Shown in pieces: positions 44,918-53,613 of a stretch of 64,000 nucleotides of DNA. The notes beneath the pieces are model-generated. The model saw only the letters and a program-made list of their open reading frames with translations. It had not been told where the DNA came from and did not search any database. The translations under genes were made by a program, and so were the position numbers. The DNA is from Planctomyces sp. (GTDB lineage Bacteria; Planctomycetota; Planctomycetia; Planctomycetales; Planctomycetaceae), in contig SXKJ01000145.1 of the NCBI GenBank assembly GCA_005778115.1, positions 13,916-77,915 on the forward strand. The letters run 5' to 3'. Numbering within the stretch: the first letter of the stretch is position 1; every line of letters begins with the position of its first letter.

Positions 44918-45502
44918 ATGCTGGAGACATCTCACAGTTTGCTCGACCGTTTGCGAGCGTCGCCCGACGATGCGGATTGGTCGCGATTGGTTGAACTCTA
45001 CACGCCGCTGCTGCGAGCCTGGTTGACACGATCAGAGGTGCAGGCGGCCGATGTGGATGATCTGATCCAAGAGGTTTTGTTGGTCGTGCATCGCGAGCTG
45101 CCGGCGTTTCAGCACAATCAGCGGCAGGGCGCATTTCGGTGTTGGCTGCGGCAGATTGTGGTGTATCGATTGCGAAACTTCTGGCGTTCGCGCGGGCGAT
45201 TGATCGCGGCTGGGAATGACAGCCAGCTCGAAGAGCAACTGCGGCAGTTGGAGGACGATGGCAGTCATCTCAGCCAGATGTGGGATCGCGAGCACAATTT
45301 GGCGATCGCTCGCAAGCTGCTGGAGATGATCGAGTCGCGATTCACGGAGTCGACTCGGTTGGTATTCCGTCGGCTGGTGCTGGATGGGGCGGACGCGGAC
45401 ACGGTCGCGAGCGAGACTGGCCTGTCGCTGAATGCGATCTTCACGGCGAAGTCGCGAGTGTTGCGAGAACTGCGGCGGTTGGGGCAACGGCTGCTGGATT
45501 GA
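44918..45502 (+). CDS. ECF-type RNA polymerase sigma factor (sigma-70 family)
   Basis: The sigma-2 region is WSRLVELYTPLLRAWL...DDLIQEVLLVVHRELPAFQ and FRCWLRQIVVYRLRNFWR. The sigma-4 region is VFRRLVLDGADADTVASETGLSLNAIFTAKSRVLRELR. Confidence 0.85.
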   Translation: MLETSHSLLDRLRASPDDADWSRLVELYTPLLRAWLTRSEVQAADVDDLIQEVLLVVHRELPAFQHNQRQGAFRCWLRQIVVYRLRNFWRSRGRLIAAGNDSQLEEQLRQLEDDGSHLSQMWDREHNLAIARKLLEMIESRFTESTRLVFRRLVLDGADADTVASETGLSLNAIFTAKSRVLRELRRLGQRLLD

Positions 45503-45506
45503 AGGA

Positions 45507-45540
45507 GATTTCAAATCTCAAATCTGAAATCTCAAATTTC
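45507..45540. repeat. AAATCT[CG]A heptamer-type repeat (GATTTCAAATCTCAAATCTGAAATCTCAAATTTC); second copy of the motif at 2689..2719
   Basis: Read from the sequence, 5 nt after the sigma-factor stop. Confidence 0.75.
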
Positions 45541-45651
45541 GGGAGAATCGCTGCAAGAATTCGCTGCCGGCTGCACTTCAGGTTGTTAGCGTGTGACCGC
45601 CCTTCGTAGGTCGGCATTCGCCCCGCAACTTGAGATCCTCCCTGGTGCCGC

Positions 45652-45870
45652 ATGGCGGACGGATTGTTGATACATCCGACGCACGAACAGCTCGCCGCGT
45701 TTGAGACCGGCCGGTTGAGCGATGACGACTCGGCCGTCGTCGAGCAGCACTTGTCGGCGTGTGCGGATTGTTGTCAGTGGCTCAAGCAGTCGCCGGAACA
45801 CGACAGTTACGTTGCGTTGCTGCGCGAGGCCGCCTCGTCCGGCGTGGCAGAAGAGACTCCCGCGAATTAA
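45652..45870 (+). CDS. Small zinc-finger-like (anti-sigma N-terminal-like) protein, 72 aa; possibly the detached N-terminus of the downstream kinase
   Basis: HEQLAAFETGRLSDDDSAVVEQHLSACADCCQWL is an H-x3-C-x2-C pattern. It is in the same frame as the kinase ORF and is separated from it by TAA plus 15 nt. Confidence 0.5.
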   Translation: MADGLLIHPTHEQLAAFETGRLSDDDSAVVEQHLSACADCCQWLKQSPEHDSYVALLREAASSGVAEETPAN

Positions 45871-45885
45871 CCGACAGACATCGCG

Positions 45886-47259
45886 ATGAGCGGCGAGACT
45901 CCCCTCCCGCGCGAATCGAGTTTGCCAGTCTTGTCCGAGGATGTCGTCCCACCGATCGCCGGATTGCCGAGCGAGCTGGTGAACCATCCGCGTTACCGAG
46001 TGATCCGCTCGTTGGGTTGCGGTGGAATGGGTGCCGTCTTCGAGGCGGAGCATCGGTTGATGCAGCGGCGTGTGGCGTTGAAGATCATCAAGCCGCAATG
46101 GCTGAGCAATTCGGAAGCGGTCGCTCGATTCCGACGTGAGATGCAGGCGGCGAAGCTGGTGCATCCGCACGTCGTCACCGCATTCGATGCCGAGCAAGCG
46201 GGGGATGTGCATTTCCTGGCGATGGAGTTTGTCGACGGAGTGAATCTCGCCGAGTTGGTTTCGCAGCGCGGGCCGTTGTCGGTCGAGATGGCGTGCGAGT
46301 GCATTCGGCAGGCGGCGTTGGGACTGCAACATGCGTACGAGCATGGGATGGTGCATCGCGATATCAAGCCAGGGAATTTGATGGTGACGTTCGTAGTTCC
46401 ACCTTCAGGCGGTTCTGGTTCTCAACGAAGACCACCTGAAGGCGGAACTACGAACGTCAAGATCCTCGACTTCGGGCTGGCTCGGTTTGCCAGCGAAGGG
46501 ATCGAAGGGGGCGACACATCGGCGGGGACGCTGCTGGGCACGCCGGACTTCATGGCTCCGGAGCAAGCACGGAATTCGCATGAAGCAGATATTCGGAGCG
46601 ATCTCTATAGCGTGGGATGCACGTTGTATTTTTTGCTGACTGGCGAGGTGCCCTATCCGGGTGGGAAGACCGCATTGGAGCGGGCGCTCGCACATGCCGA
46701 GCGTGCTCCGCAGTTGTTGGCGACTTTTCGTGGCGATGTGCCGCCGGCGCTGCAAGCGGTGCTCGATCGCTTGTTGGCGAAGCGGCCGGAGGATCGGTTT
46801 CAGACGCCGGCGGAACTTGCGGTGGCATTGGAGCCGTTCGTTTCTTCGTCGCAGTTTATCCGTCATCTGGCGGCTGGGTTGATTTCGAACGCTCCTGTTT
46901 CGCATCGGCCCATGGCGGCGGGATTGAAGCGAGTGTTGATGGCGTTCGGATGCGTCGGGTTCGTGTTGGTGATGGCGATCGTCGTGCAGGTGGCCACCGA
47001 TAAAGGGGACTTGCGAATTCGATCCGACGTTGACGGCGTGGTCCTGCTGCTCAGCCAAGAAGGCCAGGCGGTGTGGCGAATCGAGGCCGAGGCGGGGGAT
47101 TCGGTCAAGCGGTTGCCATCGGGGCAGTATGCGTTGGAGTTAAAAGATTCTCCGAACGACTTGCGATTGAGCACGACTCGCGTTGTGCTTCGCCGTGGTT
47201 GCTCGGCGGAGGTGGTTGTTTCACGCGAGCATCGGAATTCAATCAATCCTCCCCACTGA
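45886..47259 (+). CDS. Serine/threonine protein kinase with a C-terminal TM anchor and an in-frame palindromic insertion in the catalytic core
   Basis: Kinase motifs LGCGGMGAVFEA, VALKIIK, HRDIKPGNLMV, KILDFGLA and GTPDFMAPEQ are present, with a TM segment VLMAFGCVGFVLVMAIVVQV. Confidence 0.9.
   Translation: MSGETPLPRESSLPVLSEDVVPPIAGLPSELVNHPRYRVIRSLGCGGMGAVFEAEHRLMQRRVALKIIKPQWLSNSEAVARFRREMQAAKLVHPHVVTAFDAEQAGDVHFLAMEFVDGVNLAELVSQRGPLSVEMACECIRQAALGLQHAYEHGMVHRDIKPGNLMVTFVVPPSGGSGSQRRPPEGGTTNVKILDFGLARFASEGIEGGDTSAGTLLGTPDFMAPEQARNSHEADIRSDLYSVGCTLYFLLTGEVPYPGGKTALERALAHAERAPQLLATFRGDVPPALQAVLDRLLAKRPEDRFQTPAELAVALEPFVSSSQFIRHLAAGLISNAPVSHRPMAAGLKRVLMAFGCVGFVLVMAIVVQVATDKGDLRIRSDVDGVVLLLSQEGQAVWRIEAEAGDSVKRLPSGQYALELKDSPNDLRLSTTRVVLRRGCSAEVVVSREHRNSINPPH
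46389..46455. repeat. Palindrome GTTCGTAGTTCCACC...GGCGGAACTACGAAC inside the kinase CDS
   Basis: Arms at 46389..46412 and 46432..46455. It encodes FVVPPSGGSGSQRRPPEGGTTN, between the HRDIKPGN catalytic loop and the DFG motif. Confidence 0.9.
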
Positions 47260-47353
47260 GCTTGCCTCAGTGGTTCACGGGTTTCTGCGCTACTGACGTG
47301 TATGCGAGCGTAGTGCAGAGGCCCGCGAGCCACTGAGGCAAGCTCAGTGGGGG
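47251..47353. repeat. About 103-bp palindromic element with perfect 23-bp terminal arms; the kinase stop codon lies in the left arm
   Basis: CCCCACTGAGCTTGCCTCAGTGG (47251..47273) pairs with CCACTGAGGCAAGCTCAGTGGGG (47330..47352). Each arm is itself a hairpin, and there is an inner pair CTGCGCTAC/GTAGTGCAG. Confidence 0.9.
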
Positions 47354-47454
47354 AAATTTCAATTGAGAAAACATTCGTAGCCGCGTTCGCCAGAACGCGG
47401 GAGTTCATTGAGGCAGGCCCGCACTCTGGCGAGTGCGGCTGCGAGGAGCGTTTT

Positions 47455-50400
47455 ATGTCGTCGGAACCAACAGCGATGTCGGTCGCGTGGGAAAATGTCG
47501 TCTCGACCTTTGAGCGTGCCGAAGAGTGGTTCACGCGCTGGGCGACCGAAGGGCAGATCTTGGAGGCGCAGCGCGACGTGATCTTGGGGTTGCTGCGCGA
47601 ACGGTTGCAGTACGTTCGCACTCTCGCGGCAGACAACGTGGATTGCCCGGCGATACCGGGTGTGCTGCCGCCTCAAGAAAACGAAGCACCGGCCGTCCGA
47701 GCGTTGCGGTTGTGGCGATTCTTGGGAAACGAAGTCGCGCAGCACAAACAGGCCGGTCGACTCACGCTCTCGCAGGCGCATGCTCTGGCGGAAGAGTGCC
47801 GCGAACGGATTACCTCGTTGAAGCGGCGGCTGGCTGATGACGGCATCACGATCGTGACTGCGGCGGCGCAGCCTCCCAGTTCGGCACAGAAGCCGGCGTC
47901 GGAATCCGGCGTGAAAGACATCCTCAACGAATGGTCGCAGCCAGCAGAACCGCAGATCGCATGGCAACCGCCGGTGGCCTCGAACGAGGAAGTGATGCCG
48001 ACGTTGGAGGCGGTGAAGCCGCGACGCAACATTCTCGAAATGCTGCTCGATCCGCGCAGCATTCAGTGGTTGATGGGGATTGGCGGCGCGTTGATGGCCG
48101 TCGGCCTGGTGATCCTGTTGTGGGTCAAGAACTATTTCACGCCGCCGGTGATGGCGACGGTCATGGGTGGAACCAACGTCGCCGTGATGGTCGGCGGTTG
48201 GATGATGATCTTGAAGTCACGCTACCAGACGGCCGGCAAAGGGCTGACGCTGCTGGCGTGCCTCTTAATGCCGCTCAATCTTTGGTACTACCACTCACAT
48301 GGGTTGGTGACGCTCGACGGGCATCTGTGGGTCGTGGCGGCCATCATGTGTGCCCTGTATGGGGCGTCGGCGTGGACTCTCAAGGATGAGATGTTCGTGT
48401 ATGTCTTCAATGCCGGCGTGGCGATGACTGGGTTGCTGTTGCTGGCCGACATGCACAAGTTCGTGGAGATCGCGGCTCCGGCGACGCTGCTGGTGATTCT
48501 CGGCATGGCAGGGATTCATGCCGAGCGAGCGTTCGCCAACAACGACGGGCCGTTCAGCCGGAAACGATTCGGCTTGGCATTCTTCGCAAGCGGGCATGTG
48601 CTGCTCGGTTCCGGGTTGCTGATGGTCTTCATCGCTCAGTTGGCGGGCGATTGGCTGTACGACGCCTGGTTTCAGTCGGTGTATCTGTCGTTTCAAGCGG
48701 TGCCGTCACCGATCTGTGGGCCGCAGCGGTGGCTCGCGTTGGTGTTGGTGCTGGCTGGGATCTATGCCTACATCTACTCGGACATCGTGGTGCGGAAGCA
48801 TGGAGCCTACATCCACTTCGCGGCGGCGCTGTTGCTGTGGGCGGAAGTGCTGGTCGTGCAGTTGCTGCACCTGACGCTGGGATTGGACGCCGTCATCGCC
48901 GTGCTGGCGGTGACGTCGCTGGCGGTGAATTTGATTCAGGCGACGATGACTCGCGACCAGAAGATGACGCGAGCGTTTCCGGTGTTCGGTTTGTTGCTGT
49001 CGCTGTTGCCGGTACTGCTGGGGGTTTTCGAGTACCTGCGATTTCTCGGCTTCCGCGCCGCGTTTGAGAAGCATCCGCCGGAATGGAGCTACGTCGGTGC
49101 GATGGTGCTGACAGCGATCGCTTCTCGGCTGGGAGCGTTCATTTATCGGAATGCCGGCAAGTGGTTGCCGACGGCATATCACTTCGCGACCGCCGCGGCC
49201 ACGATGGTTGCCGCCGTCGCCTTGTTGGCCACGCCGACGTTTGGATTGGAGCGTTGGCAGGAACACGCTCCGATCATGATGCTGATTCCGATCGCGTACC
49301 TCGTCGCCGCGAGGCTGTATGGCAATCGCGGTCCTTCTGAGCCGCTGACGGCGGTCGCTCACACGGCGACTGTGGTGATGCTGGCCTCGTCGCTGGCGTC
49401 AGCGTTCCTCGGATTCACGAAGCTGGACCCGGATAAGAATCTGAACCTCGCTTTGGCTGCGTTCTTCGCGGAAGCGGCGGTGTTCTACGGACTGGCGACG
49501 TCGTTCCAGCGCAAGCCGTTCTGCGTGCATCTGGCGACGCTGATGGCCAGCGGTTCGCTGTGGCAAATGCTGATGTACTTCGGCGTCACGAGTGCCAACG
49601 CCTATTTGCTGACCTTCGCGTTCCTCGGCTTGGGGTTGTTGCTGGTCTACCGATTCTCGGTGTTGGAACAGACGGCCGCCGCGCCACTGACGGAAGCGGC
49701 GTTCCAAGCGGCGAACTCGCTGCTGAGCCTCGCGTTCGTCGCCTCGGTCTGCAAAGGGCTGGCAAGTCTGGCCTCGGATGCGTTCAGCTCGTCAACCAAA
49801 GTCGAATGGGGCTTCGTTGGGTTCAGCATCACAATGCTGGTCATCACGGGATTGTCCGTCGCCATCGTGAGAGTCGCGGGCTGGCGGCGCTGGTACATCG
49901 TCAACGTGGTGGCTCAAGGAGCGTTGACGCTGCTCGGTCTGCATCAGTTGATCAGTCTCAACGGCTGGCAACAGGTGGAGTTGTTCTCCGTCATCGTCGG
50001 GCTGCTGCTACTGGCGGTCGGACATCTCGGCTGGTATCGCGAGCAAGGCCGCGAGACCGACAGCGATCTCGTCAGCACGAGCCTGTTCTTCGGCAGTCTG
50101 CTGACCGCCGTGCCGCTGGGGATCGCGACGTGCTATCACCGCTGGAATCCGCCGATCCTCATGGTGGACGAGGCCGGCTTCCTGTTCGTGAGTGTGCTGT
50201 TGCTTGGTACGGGCCTCGTCTTCCGGCTGAAATCGACGACGCTGGTCGGCAGCCTTTCGACCGTGTTGTACTTCGTCACGTTGCTGCTGTTCATTCCGTG
50301 GAGCCGCCTGGACACGATCGCGATCCTGATCATCGTCGGCGGCAGCACGCTGTTCGGGACAGGATTAGTCTTGGCGTTCTTCCGCGATCGGCTGCTCACG

Positions 50401-50457
50401 CTGCCAGAGCGGATCAAGAACCGGGAAGGGATCTTCAAAGTGCTGAATTGGCGGTAA
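47455..50457 (+). CDS. Large polytopic membrane protein (1000 aa), family not recognised
   Basis: Internal ATG at 47455. A soluble N-terminal region of about 200 aa is followed by more than 20 hydrophobic segments to the C-terminus. The track start at 47347 is a GTG inside the palindrome and is unlikely. Confidence 0.7.
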   Translation: MSSEPTAMSVAWENVVSTFERAEEWFTRWATEGQILEAQRDVILGLLRERLQYVRTLAADNVDCPAIPGVLPPQENEAPAVRALRLWRFLGNEVAQHKQAGRLTLSQAHALAEECRERITSLKRRLADDGITIVTAAAQPPSSAQKPASESGVKDILNEWSQPAEPQIAWQPPVASNEEVMPTLEAVKPRRNILEMLLDPRSIQWLMGIGGALMAVGLVILLWVKNYFTPPVMATVMGGTNVAVMVGGWMMILKSRYQTAGKGLTLLACLLMPLNLWYYHSHGLVTLDGHLWVVAAIMCALYGASAWTLKDEMFVYVFNAGVAMTGLLLLADMHKFVEIAAPATLLVILGMAGIHAERAFANNDGPFSRKRFGLAFFASGHVLLGSGLLMVFIAQLAGDWLYDAWFQSVYLSFQAVPSPICGPQRWLALVLVLAGIYAYIYSDIVVRKHGAYIHFAAALLLWAEVLVVQLLHLTLGLDAVIAVLAVTSLAVNLIQATMTRDQKMTRAFPVFGLLLSLLPVLLGVFEYLRFLGFRAAFEKHPPEWSYVGAMVLTAIASRLGAFIYRNAGKWLPTAYHFATAAATMVAAVALLATPTFGLERWQEHAPIMMLIPIAYLVAARLYGNRGPSEPLTAVAHTATVVMLASSLASAFLGFTKLDPDKNLNLALAAFFAEAAVFYGLATSFQRKPFCVHLATLMASGSLWQMLMYFGVTSANAYLLTFAFLGLGLLLVYRFSVLEQTAAAPLTEAAFQAANSLLSLAFVASVCKGLASLASDAFSSSTKVEWGFVGFSITMLVITGLSVAIVRVAGWRRWYIVNVVAQGALTLLGLHQLISLNGWQQVELFSVIVGLLLLAVGHLGWYREQGRETDSDLVSTSLFFGSLLTAVPLGIATCYHRWNPPILMVDEAGFLFVSVLLLGTGLVFRLKSTTLVGSLSTVLYFVTLLLFIPWSRLDTIAILIIVGGSTLFGTGLVLAFFRDRLLTLPERIKNREGIFKVLNWR

Positions 50458-50551
50458 TTCCTGGTTCGACTGTCTGATTTCTGTGTTGAAGACCCCACCC
50501 GGCTTGCCCGGATGGTGAATACGATGGTGAGCTAACGGGCAAGGGATCACT

Positions 50552-50607
50552 CCCCCTACCTCTCCTTTTCCTCCGCCGCAGGCAGAGGAAAAGGAGAGGT
50601 GGGGGGA
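50552..50607. repeat. 22-bp-stem hairpin (CCCCCTACCTCTCCTTTTCCTC ... GAGGAAAAGGAGAGGTGGGGGG)
   Basis: Read from the sequence, with one mismatch and an 12-nt loop, about 95 nt after the membrane-protein stop. Confidence 0.8.
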
Positions 50608-50713
50608 CGACAATCGACTAGCCCACCATCGGCTTCACCAACGGCACAAGGCCGTTGGGGTCGAAACTCCAAATGAATTGAGGGCAGCGTCGAGCCGCAG
50701 CACTCCGAGGGAG

Positions 50714-51514
50714 ATGACGATGACGTCAGACGCAGTGACGAGTAGACGATGGTTTGTCGCGGGGGGAGTGCTGAGCGTTGTCTCGGCACTGGCGTTGGCG
50801 TGGTCGGGCACGGTATGTGTTGACGTGTTGAAGATCTTGCTGGCTCGCAATCTTGCTGAGCTGACGACTCTGGGCCAGCAACTCGGCCGAGTCAGTTGGT
50901 GTCCGCTGGGACTCGCCGTGGGGACGACACTCATCGCATCGGGGTTTCGGAGAACGGCGCTGCGCGGACGGCTTTCTCAGCGGTGTCTGTTGTTGGTTGG
51001 GTTGTACGGAGTGCTGGCCGCGTGCGGTGCGTTTTTACTCTTCCAGGGAACGAGCAGCGCGCGGTTCACCATGTCGGTCATTACGACGTCCGATCAAGCC
51101 ATCAAGCCGGAGGAAGTCCTGACAGCGGTTTCACAATCGGCCACGGCGGCTTCGGCCGGTTGGGTGCTGCTCGCGGTGGCACAAGTCCTGTTGTCGATCG
51201 GCGGCTTCGTGCTGCACACCGACCAAGCGAAATCGCTCGGCGAACCGCGTGCGTGGCCCAAGAGCGGCAATATGGCCTTGAGCCTCTTGTGGGTCTTCGG
51301 AGCGGTCGCGACCTCCGCTTGGTCACGCCGCAGTTGGGAGATTCTCCAATTGCGAGTCAACGAGCCGATCAAAGCCGCGCTCATCGTGGAGATTCTTAAT
51401 GGCGTGATCTCGATGTGTTGGTTCGCGAGTTTATTTCTGCTCGGCCACGCGATCCTCACGACAATTGTCGTAGTGGCAACCTATCGAACGCTGGGCCGGT
51501 CCCGCGCAACGTGA
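50714..51514 (+). CDS. Hypothetical membrane protein (about 6 TM, 266 aa)
   Basis: ATG at 50714 preceded by GAGGGAG. The profile is hydrophobic and I recognised no family. Confidence 0.5.
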   Translation: MTMTSDAVTSRRWFVAGGVLSVVSALALAWSGTVCVDVLKILLARNLAELTTLGQQLGRVSWCPLGLAVGTTLIASGFRRTALRGRLSQRCLLLVGLYGVLAACGAFLLFQGTSSARFTMSVITTSDQAIKPEEVLTAVSQSATAASAGWVLLAVAQVLLSIGGFVLHTDQAKSLGEPRAWPKSGNMALSLLWVFGAVATSAWSRRSWEILQLRVNEPIKAALIVEILNGVISMCWFASLFLLGHAILTTIVVVATYRTLGRSRAT

Positions 51515-51563
51515 TGTTCAGAGAATGGTCTGTGTTGAATTCCAAATTCAAAAGGCATTCTCC

Positions 51564-53438
51564 ATGTTACGACCATCGACACGATTGAGCTGTGCGACCG
51601 TCGCGGGAGCGATCCTGGTGATGGCCGGTTGGAGTTGCGTTTGTCTTGCCGATACGCCCGTAAAGCCGGCATCGTTCGCGCCGGACATGAGAAGCCGCAT
51701 CGACGACAACTCACTCTGGGGCCCGCGTGAGCGAGTCAACAAGGCGGGGTTCGAGGCGACCGGAAGCCTGATGCAATGGTTGGTGGACCATGCCGCGCTG
51801 CCGGCCTAGGAGGAGCGGCGGCGTGCGGATGATGATCTCAAACAGGCTCTGGAAAAGTTCAAGCCAACAGATGCGCCGGCTGCGGCTCAGAAGCTTTATG
51901 AAGAATTGATCGCCGCGCTGCCGGCGCGGATGGAGCTGGCCAAGCGGCAGACGGGAATCGCGGTCGTTGAAAACGCCGAACGTCCTGCGTGGCTGGTTGG
52001 GTTGGGACGAGTCTACTTCGACCGAGCTTGGCTCGACGCGGTGCTGGCCGACGAACGAACGGGGCGCGATCAACTGGCGTTCGTGATCGCTCACGAGTTG
52101 AGCCATGTCTGTCTGGGACACGCGCGGCGGCGATATCAGCTTCGTTGGCTGGAGCCTCAACTTGTCAAAGAGGTCGAACGGAAGGCTCTATCGCTCGATG
52201 ACAGAAAGTCCGCGGCGTTCTCGCTGGACCTGCTCAAAGCGTTTGAAGCAATCTCCGAGAATGTTTACACGCGAGAGGAGGCGTATCAGTCGGACTTGTT
52301 CGCGATCCACCTGTGCCGTAACGCTGGGTTTGATGTCGAGAACGGCCTCGACGTGCTGCGAGCCGAAGCCGTGCTGAGTAACAAAACGTTGCTCGACGAG
52401 CCTCTCCCGCGCGAGGGAACACCCCCCGTCGAACCGGAAATCCAACCGAAAACGACCGGCGAGTCATGCTCGTTGGCGAACCCACCGTCGGCCGAGCAAC
52501 GGCTGCGGCGGATGCGGCTGGAACTCGATGGCCTGGTGTTCGGCGACTTTGGATTGTTTGAGTTTGATCGCGAGAAGAAGTCGTTCCAGCGTGCGGCCGA
52601 TGCGAGCCTCCCGGCCAGTGAGCGGGCGGTTGTCTGCATTCACGGCATGGAATCTAGCCGCGAGGTTTGGCAGCCGATGCTCGGCCGATTGGCCGAGGAA
52701 ACCTCGACCGAGAAGTCGCCGCGAAGACTCTTCGCGTTTCAATATCCGGCCGACGACAGTCTGGCTCGCAGCGGAAAGTTTCTGCGCCGCGAACTGCTAC
52801 GAGTCTGTGGCTCGGCCAAGCAGATCGACTTCGTGGTTCACAGCGCCGGCGGGTTGGTCTTCCGCTGGTACGCGGAAGTGGAACGAGGCGAATTCCGCCG
52901 AGCGGTCTTTCTCGGCACACCGCATCAGGGATCGGATCTGGCTCGCTTGCGCGGACTGCTCGAAGTGGTGCAGTTCGTAGGAGACATTTCGCTGGGCTTC
53001 GACACGGCGTTGCAGAAGGCGATCCTCGACGGCCGAGGCCAGATGACGTTCGATCTGGCTCCGAACAGTTTGTTTCTCAGCCATCTCAACCGCGAGCGTC
53101 CCGATTTGCATCGCGACCAATACGCCATCCATCGTGGAAAAGCCTTGTCATCCACTCGTGCGCTGGTGCTGAAGGCGTCGGTGGATGCCGCACGAACCGC
53201 TCTGAATCGAAAGTTGAAGAAGGAACAAGAGACGCTGCTGGCCGCGTTCGGAGCAACCGCACTGGAAGCTCTCACGGTCCCACAAGAGATCTACGACGGC
53301 GACCTGTGCGTGACCTCCGACAGCGCGTTACTGGAGGGGGTGAAGTCGGTCGAAACGCACTCGCTGAGCCACACCGCGCTGCCACGCGATGCCGGAGTGA
53401 TTTCGCTGGTGATCAAGCGGTTGATGGCAGAACCGTGA
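51564..53438 (+). pseudogene. M48-like metallopeptidase / alpha-beta hydrolase (PGAP1/lipase-like) fusion with signal peptide, interrupted by one in-frame TAG (51807..51809)
   Basis: ORFs 51525..51809 and 51906..53438 share a frame. The 96 nt between them translate without stops (EERRRADDDLKQALEKFKPTDAPAAAQKLYEEL). Motifs: signal MLRPSTRLSCATVAGAILVMAGWSCVCLA, FVIAHELSHVCLGH (HExxH), VVCIHGMESS, VVHSAGG and FLGTPHQGSDLA. Confidence 0.6.
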
Positions 53439-53613
53439 GTTGATGTGGCGATGCGACGGTTACTGCGATTCGGGTCCGAAGTCCCTCGCTTCCTCGCCCA
53501 TCAAAAACGAGGCCAAGTCTCAAACACAATCCGCAGGTTGTCTTGGCATTCTCCCCCGTGCGGTTCATGATGTCGCTGAAACGTGGGACGCCACACAGTC
53601 CAAGGATCGACAG

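Noticed and set aside
47347-47454. The track start (GTG at 47347) of the 1036-aa ORF.
   Set aside because: The GTG lies inside the right arm of the 103-bp palindrome. The ATG at 47455 is preferred, although the true start is unverified.
27210-51809. The idea that the two in-frame TAG codons (27210 and 51807) indicate pyrrolysine or other programmed amber recoding.
   Set aside because: No pyl genes, suppressor tRNA or recoding signal is visible in the window. Many genes here use TAG as an ordinary stop (e.g. mnmE). Two cases are compatible with pseudogenes or sequencing errors. I keep them as separate low-claim findings only.
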